NCBI GenBank assembly: GCA_965279375.1
Contig: OZ257156.1
Span: 3,168,001-3,232,000 of the forward strand
DNA from: Gemmatimonas sp.
GTDB lineage: Bacteria > Gemmatimonadota > Gemmatimonadetes > Gemmatimonadales > Gemmatimonadaceae
Direction of reading: 5' to 3'
DNA length: 64,000 nucleotides
The notes beneath the pieces are model-generated. The model made no database searches. It saw only the letters and a list, made by a program, of their open reading frames with translations, and was not told where the DNA came from. Made by a program: the position numbers and the translations under genes. This document shows positions 19,895 through 28,954 of this stretch, piece by piece (position 1 is the stretch's first letter; each line of letters begins with the position of its first letter).

Positions 19895-21459
19895 CCAGTC
19901 CGCGCTTCGATACGCTCGAGCTGACGGTTTTCGCGCAGGGTGTGTCGATGCTGGCAGAAGAGATGGGCAGCCTGCTCGAACGCAGCGCGATCTCGCCAAA
20001 CATTCGCGAGCGGCGTGATGCCTCGTGCGCACTGTTCGATGCGGACGGGCGCATGGTCGCGCAGGCCGCGCATATCCCCGTACATCTGGGCGCGATGCCC
20101 GAGTCGGTCGCGGCGGTGCGTGCTGTCGGCGCCGCGCCCGGTGATCTCTTTCTGCTCAACGATCCGTCGCACGGCGGGTCGCATCTCCCCGACCTAACCA
20201 TGGTCGAGGTCATCGCCGACCCAAACGATGCGTCGCGCATCATCGGCTACGTTGCCGTGCGTGCGCACCACGCCGATGTGGGCGGCATGAGCCCGGGCAG
20301 CATGCCGTTTGGCGCGACGGAGCTCTTTCAGGAAGGGTTGATCGTACCGCCGGTCCGTCTCGAACGCGGAGGCGTCGCGCAGGAGGACGTCATGCGACTC
20401 GTGCTAGCCAACGTGCGCACACCGTCCGAGCGCGAGGGTGATCTGCGCGCGCAGCGCGCGGCGTGCGCGGCTGGACGTGATGGGTGGCAGGCGCTCTATC
20501 AGCGGCTCGGCGCCGCAACGCTGCAGGACGCAATCGACGCGCTGCTCGACTACACCGAGCGTCGCGTGCGCGCGCGGCTTGCACTGCTGGACGGCGCGGT
20601 GGGTCGCGCCGCTGATGCACTCGAAGGCGATGGCGTGTCCGATGCACCAATTCCCGTCGTCGTCGCGGTGCGCATCGCCGACAGTACGCTGCATCTCGAT
20701 CTCACGGGCACGTCACCCGCTGTGCGCGGCAACGTAAACGCACCGCCAGCAGTCGCGCGTGCTGCTGCCGTGTTCGTGCTACGTGTGCTCTGCGACGACG
20801 ACGTGCCGGTGAACGACGGTGTCGCGCGCGCGCTCACGCTCGTCATTCCCGACGATTGCGTGGCCAACGCAAAGCGGCCGAGTGCCGTGGCGGCGGGCAA
20901 TGTGGAGCTGTCGCAGCGCATGACGGATGTCTGCTTCGCCGCGCTCGCCGATGCCGCCGCATCGGTCGGCGCGCACGACCTCCCGATTCCGGCGTGCGGT
21001 CAGGGCACGATGAACAACGTCACCCTGGGCGCGCCGGGCTGGAGCTTCTACGAGACACTCGGCGGCGGACAAGGTGCAAGTGTGCGCGGCGACGGACCCG
21101 ACGCGGTTCATGTGGGGATGAGCAACACGCGCAACACGCCGGTGGAATCGTTGGAGCGCGCGTATCCGCTGCGCGTGGTGGAGTACGCCGTGCGGCGTGG
21201 CAGCGGTGGCGCTGGTGCACACCGCGGTGGCGACGGCGTCATTCGTCGCTACGAGGCACGCGTACCGTGCACCGCCACCTTGCTGACGGAACGTCGCGTG
21301 GTGGCACCGCCGGGCGCGCGTGGTGGCGACGCGGGTGCACGTGGTCGCAATCTGCTCAACGGCGCACCGCTGCCGGCCAAGTGCCGAGTGGCGATGGACG
21401 TGGGCGATGTGTTGACGATCGAGACGCCGGGCGGCGGCGGGTACGGCGCGACTTCGTAG
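19891..21459 (+). CDS. Hydantoinase B / 5-oxoprolinase catalytic subunit
   Basis: SPNIRERRDASC, HIPVHLGAM, NDP.HGGSHLPD, AHHADVGG, NTPVE, TPGGGGYG. Confidence 0.93.
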   Translation: MTSPRFDTLELTVFAQGVSMLAEEMGSLLERSAISPNIRERRDASCALFDADGRMVAQAAHIPVHLGAMPESVAAVRAVGAAPGDLFLLNDPSHGGSHLPDLTMVEVIADPNDASRIIGYVAVRAHHADVGGMSPGSMPFGATELFQEGLIVPPVRLERGGVAQEDVMRLVLANVRTPSEREGDLRAQRAACAAGRDGWQALYQRLGAATLQDAIDALLDYTERRVRARLALLDGAVGRAADALEGDGVSDAPIPVVVAVRIADSTLHLDLTGTSPAVRGNVNAPPAVARAAAVFVLRVLCDDDVPVNDGVARALTLVIPDDCVANAKRPSAVAAGNVELSQRMTDVCFAALADAAASVGAHDLPIPACGQGTMNNVTLGAPGWSFYETLGGGQGASVRGDGPDAVHVGMSNTRNTPVESLERAYPLRVVEYAVRRGSGGAGAHRGGDGVIRRYEARVPCTATLLTERRVVAPPGARGGDAGARGRNLLNGAPLPAKCRVAMDVGDVLTIETPGGGGYGATS

Positions 21460-21579
21460 CTCGGGCCGAGACCGTCTCCGGAAGGGTGAGGGGGCGTGAG
21501 GTGAGCGCCCCGCCGGGGCATTTTGCTGGCCGGGGACAGCCGGACTCGCGCCGGGACGGACGCGAGGTAACGTACAAGC

Positions 21580-22602
21580 ATGTCCATTCGCTTCCTCTCC
21601 GAGATGGCGTTGCGTGTCTGGCCTGCGCTCCTGCTCGCCGCCGGTCCGCAGACGGTGGCAGGCACCGTGGTCGCGTCGAACATGAATGCCGCGAGCGTCT
21701 CCATCGTCGATGTCGCCAGTGGTGCGACGCTCGCCACCATTCCCACCGGCGAAGGACCGCACGAGGTGGCCGTCTCGCACGACGGTCGTACCGCCGTCGT
21801 CAGCATCTACGGCAATCGAGCCGCCATCGGCAGTTCGCTGCTCATCATCGACCTGTCGGCGCCGGCACGCACGCGCACGATCGAGCTGGGGCCGGGCAAC
21901 CAGCGTCCACATGGGCTCGCATTCCTGCCCGGCGATCGCACGCTTCTGGTGACCGGTGAGCGTGCGCAGCGTGTACTCGCCGTGGACATCGCGTCGGGTG
22001 TCATCGACTCCTCCGTCACGACGGGGCAGGCCACCACGCACATGGTGGCCACGACCGAGAACGGCTCGCGCGCGTATACGACCAACATCGCCGCCATGAC
22101 CGTCAGCGCCATCGAAGTGGCTGATCGACGCGTGCGCGCGACCTTTCCGGTGATGGCGCGCATCGAAGGCATTGCCGTCACACCGAGCGGCAGTGAAGTG
22201 TGGGTGGGCGGAAACGAATCGCATGCCGTCTACGTGCTGGACGGCGAGACAGGCGCCATCCTGCACACGCTCAGCGGTTTCGGCATGGCGTATCGCATCG
22301 GGATCACGCCGGACGGTCGCACAGCGGTCGTGTCCGATCCCGGCGCCGAGAAGATTCACCTCGTGGACGTCGCCACACACGCCGTGCGCGCGGTCATCGA
22401 CGTGCCGCCAATGGCCGATGGCCAACCGTCTTCGCCGCAGGGGGTGACGGTCGCACGCGATGGACGCACCGCGTTCGTCACGCTCAAGGCGGCAGCGAAG
22501 GTGGCGGTGGTTGATCTGACGAGTGCGCGCATCGTGAAAACGCTGCCGGTCGGCGCGGGCTCCGATGGCGTGGGCTTCTCGCCGCGCGTCTTCGCGCGCT
22601 GA
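21580..22602 (+). CDS. YncE/YVTN beta-propeller repeat protein, secreted
   Basis: Signal peptide; repeated (P)xG(I/V)AV(T/S)PDG..(A/V)(F/W)V blades. Confidence 0.85.
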   Translation: MSIRFLSEMALRVWPALLLAAGPQTVAGTVVASNMNAASVSIVDVASGATLATIPTGEGPHEVAVSHDGRTAVVSIYGNRAAIGSSLLIIDLSAPARTRTIELGPGNQRPHGLAFLPGDRTLLVTGERAQRVLAVDIASGVIDSSVTTGQATTHMVATTENGSRAYTTNIAAMTVSAIEVADRRVRATFPVMARIEGIAVTPSGSEVWVGGNESHAVYVLDGETGAILHTLSGFGMAYRIGITPDGRTAVVSDPGAEKIHLVDVATHAVRAVIDVPPMADGQPSSPQGVTVARDGRTAFVTLKAAAKVAVVDLTSARIVKTLPVGAGSDGVGFSPRVFAR

Positions 22603-22606
22603 TGAC

Positions 22607-23371
22607 ATGCCGCGGCTGAGTGTGCGCAGTGGCGCCGGCCGCGGTGCACTCGTCACTTGCGCGATCGCGTTGTTCGCGGTGGTGCTGGGCGCAACGCGCG
22701 TCTACTCCCAGCGGCGCATGTTCATTGAGCCGAATGCCGCGTACGACGGTCGCTACACGTTCGTGCGGCTACGCTATCAGGTCTATCGTCGCAGTGGATG
22801 GGAATTCGACTATCCCGCCATGGAGCGCAACTTCATGACGATCGTGAAGGATCTGACGACGCTCCGGCCACACGTGGCCGAGTCCAATGTGCACGACATG
22901 GACGACCCGGAGCTGGCGCGCTACTCCATCGCGTATCTCTCGGAGCCGGGCAATTGGGTTCCCAATCCCTCGGAAGCGCTCGGGCTGCGCACGTGGCTTG
23001 CGAAGGGCGGCTTCCTGATCGTCGACGACTTCTACGGCGGCCAGTGGGCCAACTTCGAACGCTCGATGAAGCAGGTGCTCCCCGAGGCGCGTATCGTCAA
23101 GCTCGACGTCACGCACCCGATCTTCGATTCGTTCTTTCACATCAAGTCGCTGCAGGGCATGTCGCACCCCGACAATGCCAACTGGAAGGCGGAGTTCCTT
23201 GGCATCTATGAGGACAACGATCCGTCCAAGCGCCTGATGGTGATCATCAACTACAACAACGACATCGGCGACTACATGGAGTGGTCAGGGCAGGGATGGT
23301 ACGCCGTCAACCTCTCCAACGATGCGTACAAGTTCGCCACGAACTATCTCGTCTACGCACTGACGCACTGA
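22607..23371 (+). CDS. DUF4159 domain protein
   Basis: W..DYP, YLSEPG, KGGFLIVDDF, HPIFDSFF, NNDIGDYME pattern. Confidence 0.8.
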   Translation: MPRLSVRSGAGRGALVTCAIALFAVVLGATRVYSQRRMFIEPNAAYDGRYTFVRLRYQVYRRSGWEFDYPAMERNFMTIVKDLTTLRPHVAESNVHDMDDPELARYSIAYLSEPGNWVPNPSEALGLRTWLAKGGFLIVDDFYGGQWANFERSMKQVLPEARIVKLDVTHPIFDSFFHIKSLQGMSHPDNANWKAEFLGIYEDNDPSKRLMVIINYNNDIGDYMEWSGQGWYAVNLSNDAYKFATNYLVYALTH

Positions 23372-23393
23372 GATCCGTCGTTAGACGGCCGCG

Positions 23394-23873
23394 TCAGGTT
23401 GGCTTGTAGATCATCACCCACACCGCGGCCACCAGCGGTATCGTGGCGATGATCCCCCACACGATCCAGCGCTGTGCGTCGCGCTGGTAGGCGGCGGGAA
23501 TCTCACCGCCATTCGCGAATGCGCGGGCCATGCGCGCTTGGCGTACCTGCGCCGGCACGAGAATGAACAGCCAGATCGCGCCTGATACCCCGAAGAGCAT
23601 TTCGCCCCAGAGCAACCACTTCGATCCGATGGGGGACATGCCGCCCGTCCACGTGGCGCCGAACCCGCCCACCATGATGAGGATGATACCCGTCACCGTC
23701 ATCGACCAGTCGGTGATGGTCACCAGGCGCTGACCGAAGGCGACGATGCGCGGGTCTTTCGAACGGTCAGCGAAGACCTTCCAGACAGCGGTGACCGTGA
23801 CGTTGCCGAGGATGAGGATGACCCCGAGCACGTGCAGCCACTTGAAGAAGAGATAGGACACAGGACGCAGCAT
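23394..23873 (-). CDS. DUF2269-like integral membrane protein
   Basis: KWLHVLG N-terminus, four TM helices, C-terminal WVMIYKP; start uncertain. Confidence 0.78.
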   Translation of the reverse strand: MLRPVSYLFFKWLHVLGVILILGNVTVTAVWKVFADRSKDPRIVAFGQRLVTITDWSMTVTGIILIMVGGFGATWTGGMSPIGSKWLLWGEMLFGVSGAIWLFILVPAQVRQARMARAFANGGEIPAAYQRDAQRWIVWGIIATIPLVAAVWVMIYKPT

Positions 23874-23992
23874 AGCAGCGGGTACGGCTGAGCGCCTCCC
23901 CTGTGCCGATCGTCTGCGGAACTCTGCATATTCCTGCGCCAAGCGGTTCGCTCTATCCCGTCGCGCCGTCGATACCGAAACCAGGACCTCGC

Positions 23993-24508
23993 ATGCCTCG
24001 CAATACTTCGCTCGACGTGCAAGCGCTCGTGCGCCCGAACTTCTACTTCGGGCAGTTGATCACGGCCGACGACCTGGCCGCTGAGCAGCGCTACCAACGC
24101 GACCGCGTGCGTCGGCACAACAGACTGGCGCATGGTGCTGGCGTCGTTGTGGGACTCGACGTGCGTACATCTGGCAATGATCTCGTCGTGAGCCCCGGTC
24201 TCGCGTTCGATGCCAACGGCGACGAGATCGTGGTGGACGCGGAGCGTCGCGTACCGGCGGGTGGTCGCGCGGAGACGTTGTCTCGCTACCTCATCGTGCG
24301 CGTCGCCGAAACACTCGAGTCACCGGTGTCCGTCCTCACCGACGGCGAGAGCGTCACGGATTTCGCGCGGGTTCGCGAAGCCGTCACGTTCTCGATCGCG
24401 GCAGGGGAGCCACGCGCTCCCGACGCGGGAGTTGCGTTGGCTCGGATTGTCTGGCGTGCGTCAAAGTGGCGCGTGGATCTCCGCTATCGGCGCGCCAAGG
24501 TGAAGTAG
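23993..24508 (+). CDS. Hypothetical protein with an eCIS/phage tail-fibre-type N-terminal motif
   Basis: RPNFYFGQLITADDLAAEQRY..DRVRRHNRLAHGAGVVVGLDV...VSPGLAFDANGDEIVV; AGGA RBS before ATG at 23993. Confidence 0.65.
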   Translation: MPRNTSLDVQALVRPNFYFGQLITADDLAAEQRYQRDRVRRHNRLAHGAGVVVGLDVRTSGNDLVVSPGLAFDANGDEIVVDAERRVPAGGRAETLSRYLIVRVAETLESPVSVLTDGESVTDFARVREAVTFSIAAGEPRAPDAGVALARIVWRASKWRVDLRYRRAKVK

Positions 24509-24523
24509 CGCACCGCCGAGCGT

Positions 24524-24892
24524 CTACGCACGCGCGATCTGCAGCACGTTCCCCTCGGGGTCCAACATATCGCGCGAATTCGGCATGCGCTCGGCCAACA
24601 GCACCGCACCGGCTGCCTCGAGTCGTGCGCACACCGCGTCCAACGCTTCCGCTGTCTGAAAGATCAACTTGTACGGTGTCTCGCTGCGCTCCGTCGCCGG
24701 CTGCGTGAGCACGATGTCCGCCGCGTACTGCGGCGGTATCTGATGAAGGGCGAATTGCGTCCCGTCGGCATCGAAGACGGACCAGCCTGGGCTCGAGGCC
24801 GCAGGAAGTGGTGGCAACCCGAGCGCGTTGCCGTAGAAGTCGGACATCCGGTCGATGTCCACGACGTAGAGCATGGCGAGGCTGAGCTTCAT
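24524..24892 (-). CDS. VOC/glyoxalase family protein
   Basis: LYVVDIDRMSDFYGNALG, C-terminal DPEGNVLQI. Confidence 0.88.
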   Translation of the reverse strand: MKLSLAMLYVVDIDRMSDFYGNALGLPPLPAASSPGWSVFDADGTQFALHQIPPQYAADIVLTQPATERSETPYKLIFQTAEALDAVCARLEAAGAVLLAERMPNSRDMLDPEGNVLQIARA

Positions 24893-24982
24893 GGCGGTGA
24901 GATAGGGGCGAGGAAGACGCGCGTGCTCAACACTACGCGCCGATCGGCTCGTTCGCCGCGCCTTGGGCCGCCTTCTGGCGGG

Positions 24983-25621
24983 TCAGCGCCGCACCAGGGC
25001 GAAGACGAAATCGCGCCCGAGGCCGGTGGCCGGTGAGGCAGAGAGGGCGATCCAGAGCATGGCCACACGCTCGAGCTCGCGAGCACGGTGCAGCGGCCCC
25101 GCCTGCACGGCCTCGAAACCGATCGACTCCGCCAGCGACGCGACTACCGCGTTCGCGTCCGGATCGTCGCCGGCCACCGCCATCACGCCGCGCGGCGAGA
25201 AGGTGGTCGCCACGGCCACGACGTTCGCGCCCGTCTGGTTGAAGCTCTTCACGAGTCGCGCACCTGGCGACGTAGTGAGCAGGAGCGCTTCGATGCGCTC
25301 CGCATGGGACTCTCCGTTCTCGCCGGTCAGCAGCCGGAGGCCCGGTCCCACAGGATTGGTCGCATCCACGACGATCGCCCCGACACGTAGAAGCCCCGCC
25401 TCCCTGACCGCATCAAACGCCGCTGCCGCCGGCGTCGCGAGCACCAAGAGCTCCAAGTCGGCTGCGGCGTCTCGTACTCCTGCCACCTCCGCGAACGCGG
25501 CGAGTTCGGGCGATGCGGCCGCCGCGTCACGGACGCCGAACACGATGGTGTGTCCGGCGGACGCCAAGCCACGACCGAGTGCGGTGCCCAGCTTTCCGGC
25601 CCCAAGAATTGCGATGCGCAC
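24983..25621 (-). CDS. NADPH-dependent F420 reductase-like oxidoreductase
   Basis: GAGKLG, VVDATNP, VKSFN, AGDD; AAGGAG RBS before GTG at 25621. Confidence 0.85.
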   Translation of the reverse strand: MRIAILGAGKLGTALGRGLASAGHTIVFGVRDAAAASPELAAFAEVAGVRDAAADLELLVLATPAAAAFDAVREAGLLRVGAIVVDATNPVGPGLRLLTGENGESHAERIEALLLTTSPGARLVKSFNQTGANVVAVATTFSPRGVMAVAGDDPDANAVVASLAESIGFEAVQAGPLHRARELERVAMLWIALSASPATGLGRDFVFALVRR

Positions 25622-25712
25622 TACGCGCTCCTTCGCGCCGTGCGGCGCGTGAATGGAATCAGGAATCCGAACCGCAAGAGAATCAACATCGGAGGTGGCA
25701 CGCCCCGTTTCC

Positions 25713-26483
25713 TCAGACGCCCAGTGCCTCGATGACGGCCTGCGCCGTTTCGGCGCCAGAGAAATTCTGCTGCCCAGTGATGAGATTGCCGTCGCGAACG
25801 GCAAAGCCGCGCCATAGTCCTACCTGCACGTAGTTGGCGCCCAGGGCCTTGAGCTCGTCTTCGATACGCCATGGCATGACATGCGTGTCACGCGAAAGCG
25901 CACCCATCTCCCAGACGGCATTGTCGGCGAAATCCTCCTCGACATTCGCGAACCCGGTGACGGTCTTGCCGCGCACAAGCGGATCGCCATTCGCGAGTCT
26001 CGCGTAGCGCAGGATGGCCGTCCCATGACACAACGCGGCGGTGACCTTTCCGCTCTCGTAGAACGCACTGAAGACGCGATGCAGATCGGTCGCATCCGCG
26101 AAGGTGAACATCGGCCCCTGTCCTCCGGCGACCACCAGCGCGTCGAATCGCGCCATGTCGAGCGACGCGATGGGCGTCGTGCGTTCGATCACGGCGGCCA
26201 ACGCTGGGGTTGCGATGAATCCCATCGAGATCAGGTCACCCGCCGAATAGCCGCTCGCATCGCGTGGGTCGCTCATGGCATCGGCTGCGCAGGCACCACC
26301 CGCGGGACTGAAGATCTCGACTTCGTATCCACGCTCGTGAAACGCGTGGTAAGGGTGGCTCAACTCACTCCACCAGAAGCCGACGGGCCAGCCGGTCGTG
26401 CTCGACACCGCGGGGTTGGAAATGACAATGGCAACGCGTTTGGGATGACGTGCATTGACCGGATTGGGATCGCGCAGACTCAT
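25713..26483 (-). CDS. DJ-1/PfpI (class I glutamine amidotransferase-like) protein
   Basis: GFWWSELSHP, VAGGQGPM, nucleophile LCHG, LITGQ. Confidence 0.9.
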   Translation of the reverse strand: MSLRDPNPVNARHPKRVAIVISNPAVSSTTGWPVGFWWSELSHPYHAFHERGYEVEIFSPAGGACAADAMSDPRDASGYSAGDLISMGFIATPALAAVIERTTPIASLDMARFDALVVAGGQGPMFTFADATDLHRVFSAFYESGKVTAALCHGTAILRYARLANGDPLVRGKTVTGFANVEEDFADNAVWEMGALSRDTHVMPWRIEDELKALGANYVQVGLWRGFAVRDGNLITGQQNFSGAETAQAVIEALGV

Positions 26484-26599
26484 GGGAGCACCGACTCAGG
26501 CGTGAGGTGAACGGGCGTGTACATCACACGGCGCTGGACATCAACGCGGCACGCTACCATGCTCCAGAGTTGTCCAGCAAGACGGTACTCAATTGTGCT

Positions 26600-26621
26600 A
26601 TAGGTACCGATTGGTACCTAT
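26600..26621. promoter_or_regulatory. Perfect inverted repeat ATAGGTACC-N4-GGTACCTAT, probable operator of the adjacent HxlR regulator
   Basis: 9-bp arms in an AT-rich divergent promoter region, 31 bp before the HxlR ATG. Confidence 0.65.
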
Positions 26622-26652
26622 TCGTCAGAACAGAACCTTTAGGCCCAAACTC

Positions 26653-27048
26653 ATGCCACCAGCCAAGCGCGCGCTCGCCGGTGCGGATGTATTTGCCCGC
26701 TATCCCGGCTCGTCGCTCGTCATCGCGCTGCTCACCGACAAATGGACGATTCCCGTCATCCATGCCCTCGCGCGCGGCACCAAGCGCACCGGCGAACTCA
26801 AGTCCGCGCTGGGTACAGTCTCGCAGAAGATGCTGACGCAGACGCTGCGTGCGCTCGAAGCGCATGGGCTGGTCAAGCGCACGGTCTATCCGGTCGTGCC
26901 GCCGCATGTCGAATACGAACTCACCGAGCTCGGTGAATCCATCAACGTGCCACTGATGCAGATCTGCGAGTGGATGCTCGCCAATGGTCGCAAGCTCGAG
27001 CGCGTTGCGGCGCGGCGGCGTGCGTGTCCGCCAGCGAAAAACGGCTGA
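26653..27048 (+). CDS. HxlR family winged-helix transcriptional regulator
   Basis: DKWTIPVI, SQKMLTQTLRALE..GLVKR.VYPVVPPHVEYELT. Confidence 0.92.
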   Translation: MPPAKRALAGADVFARYPGSSLVIALLTDKWTIPVIHALARGTKRTGELKSALGTVSQKMLTQTLRALEAHGLVKRTVYPVVPPHVEYELTELGESINVPLMQICEWMLANGRKLERVAARRRACPPAKNG

Positions 27049-27069
27049 GCCGTTCGGACCGCTAGTGCG

Positions 27070-27966
27070 TCAGGCGCCGGAGTGTGGGCGGAGTTCCACG
27101 CGCATACCCTCGGTTGCCGCATAAACCTCTAGCGCGCTGCCCAGCGACCGCGCGAGCGCGCGGCAGCTCTCCACGATGGCCGTAAGCTCCTCATCCGAGC
27201 GGTCGGGATGGTGGTGAAAGAGCAGCAACGTTTCGGCATCGCACTCCGCAGCGAATCGCGTTGCTTCGTGCGCTGAGGAATGCCCCCACCCCTCGTGCGC
27301 GACCAGTTCGCCGTCTGTGTACGTCGCATCGTGCAGCAACACGCGCACGCCGTACAGTGCACTGGCAAGCGACGTTCGCCAGCGCCTGATCGAGGGATCA
27401 TTGCTGGCGAGTGCCAACTCGTTGTCTGGTGCGTACCCGATCAATGGACCGGTGCCGTCGCTCAGCATCACCACCGTCGCACCACCGGGGTGGTTTGCCG
27501 GAATCGCGCGCACCTCCCAGCCGGAAATCTCCGCCGGAGCATGCTCGGTCCACGGCACGTAGCGCACGCGGGCGGTCACATCATGCAGCGGCGGGAAGAG
27601 CGGTGGGGAGAGTAGCCACTCGACGAGGCGGCGTACCGTGCTGCTGTCTGCCATCGCGCAGTACACCTGCACGTCACTGGCGCGCAGCACCAGTGGCGCG
27701 AACTGCGACAGTCCAATGACGTGATCGCCGTGCAGATGCGAGAGCACCAGGTGCACCGGCTTGGTCGTGGACTCCTGCAACAGCGCCGCGCCAAGTGGAC
27801 GCAACCCCGTGCCGGCGTCGAGGACGAGCAGTGCTCCGTCGGGCGCGCGAACTTCGACGCATGGCGTGTTGCCGCCATATACGACTGTATGCGCACCCGG
27901 ACTTGGACTGGTGCCGCGCACCCCCCAGATACGGAGGTGCGCGAGGACCCGTCCGCCGTCGGACAT
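27070..27966 (-). CDS. MBL-fold metallo-hydrolase (possible cyclic-nucleotide phosphodiesterase)
   Basis: WGVRGT, YGGNTPCVEV, DAGTG, SHLHGDH, HDATY, WGHSS, LFHHHP; start overlaps the crp stop (TGATG). Confidence 0.85.
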   Translation of the reverse strand: MSDGGRVLAHLRIWGVRGTSPSPGAHTVVYGGNTPCVEVRAPDGALLVLDAGTGLRPLGAALLQESTTKPVHLVLSHLHGDHVIGLSQFAPLVLRASDVQVYCAMADSSTVRRLVEWLLSPPLFPPLHDVTARVRYVPWTEHAPAEISGWEVRAIPANHPGGATVVMLSDGTGPLIGYAPDNELALASNDPSIRRWRTSLASALYGVRVLLHDATYTDGELVAHEGWGHSSAHEATRFAAECDAETLLLFHHHPDRSDEELTAIVESCRALARSLGSALEVYAATEGMRVELRPHSGA

Positions 27967-28655
27967 CAGAGCTTGGGCCGTGACCGCGCCTGCAGCGCTG
28001 TTCGATCCACGATCGTCACCAGTCGGCGCTGCACCGAGATGAAGCCCTTCTCCTGGAACTCGGCCATCGCGCGCGACACCGTCTCGCGGCTGGCGCCGAT
28101 CATCTGCGAGATGGTCTGATGGGTGAGCTGTTTCACCAACGTGGCCGGCTCGCCGGGGCCTGCGTGCTCGAGCAGCACCTTGGCCACGCGCCCGGGAACG
28201 TCGAGCAGAATGAGGCTGCCGATCGTGCCGTCCGCCTGTCGCAGGCGACGCGAGAGTTCGACCATCAGCCCCCACGCAACCAGCGGAGACTGCTCCACCT
28301 GCCGACGGAAATCCGCGCGGCGCAGCACGAGCAGACCGGAAGGTTGGGTGGCCACCACATGGGCAGAGCGCGGGCGGCCATCGATCAGCGAGAGTTCGCC
28401 GAAGTGGTCGCCGATGCCCAGCACGTCGAGAATGACTTCACGTCCGTCTTCGGCGATGAGCAGCACCTTCACCTCACCGGAGCGCACGACATAGAGCGCG
28501 TCACCGGGATCGCCTTCACTCACGATCACGGCACTCTTCGCAAACTTCTGCTCGCGTGTCAGCTCCGCGAACCCGCGGACAGACGCGCGGTCGAGCTCAC
28601 GGAACAATGGCACGGTGGCCAGAAAGTCCGTGATGCGCTCGACCGAGACGCTCAT
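27966..28655 (-). CDS. Crp/Fnr family cAMP-binding transcriptional regulator
   Basis: EGDPGD, FGELSLIDGRPRSA cNMP pocket, HTH GASRETVSR. Confidence 0.92.
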   Translation of the reverse strand: MSVSVERITDFLATVPLFRELDRASVRGFAELTREQKFAKSAVIVSEGDPGDALYVVRSGEVKVLLIAEDGREVILDVLGIGDHFGELSLIDGRPRSAHVVATQPSGLLVLRRADFRRQVEQSPLVAWGLMVELSRRLRQADGTIGSLILLDVPGRVAKVLLEHAGPGEPATLVKQLTHQTISQMIGASRETVSRAMAEFQEKGFISVQRRLVTIVDRTALQARSRPKL

Positions 28656-28866
28656 GTTGGATGGAGAGAAGCGCAAAGGAGTTGTACCGAATGTCACCAT
28701 TGTGGTAGTCCTCGATGCCGATAGCTCGGGGTGGGCAGCCTTTAAGGTATCCTGAAAGGCCAATGATCGGCTATCTTCCGTGCTACCCGAGACGAGCGCA
28801 GAAGTGCGTCGCGGCGGTCAGAGCCCAATTTGTTCAGACAGCCTATCCGCATTGCAAATCTCGTGC

Positions 28867-28882
28867 GGTGACTCGAATCACA
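28867..28882. promoter_or_regulatory. Candidate CRP box (GGTGA-N6-TCACA)
   Basis: 9/10 match to TGTGA-N6-TCACA in the divergent crp/prfA intergenic region. Confidence 0.5.
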
Positions 28883-28954
28883 CTATTTCGCGTTTCTGAT
28901 GCACAGCTCTCCGACGCAGGCGCCACGGCGCAGCGCGCCTCAGCCCCTCACGTC

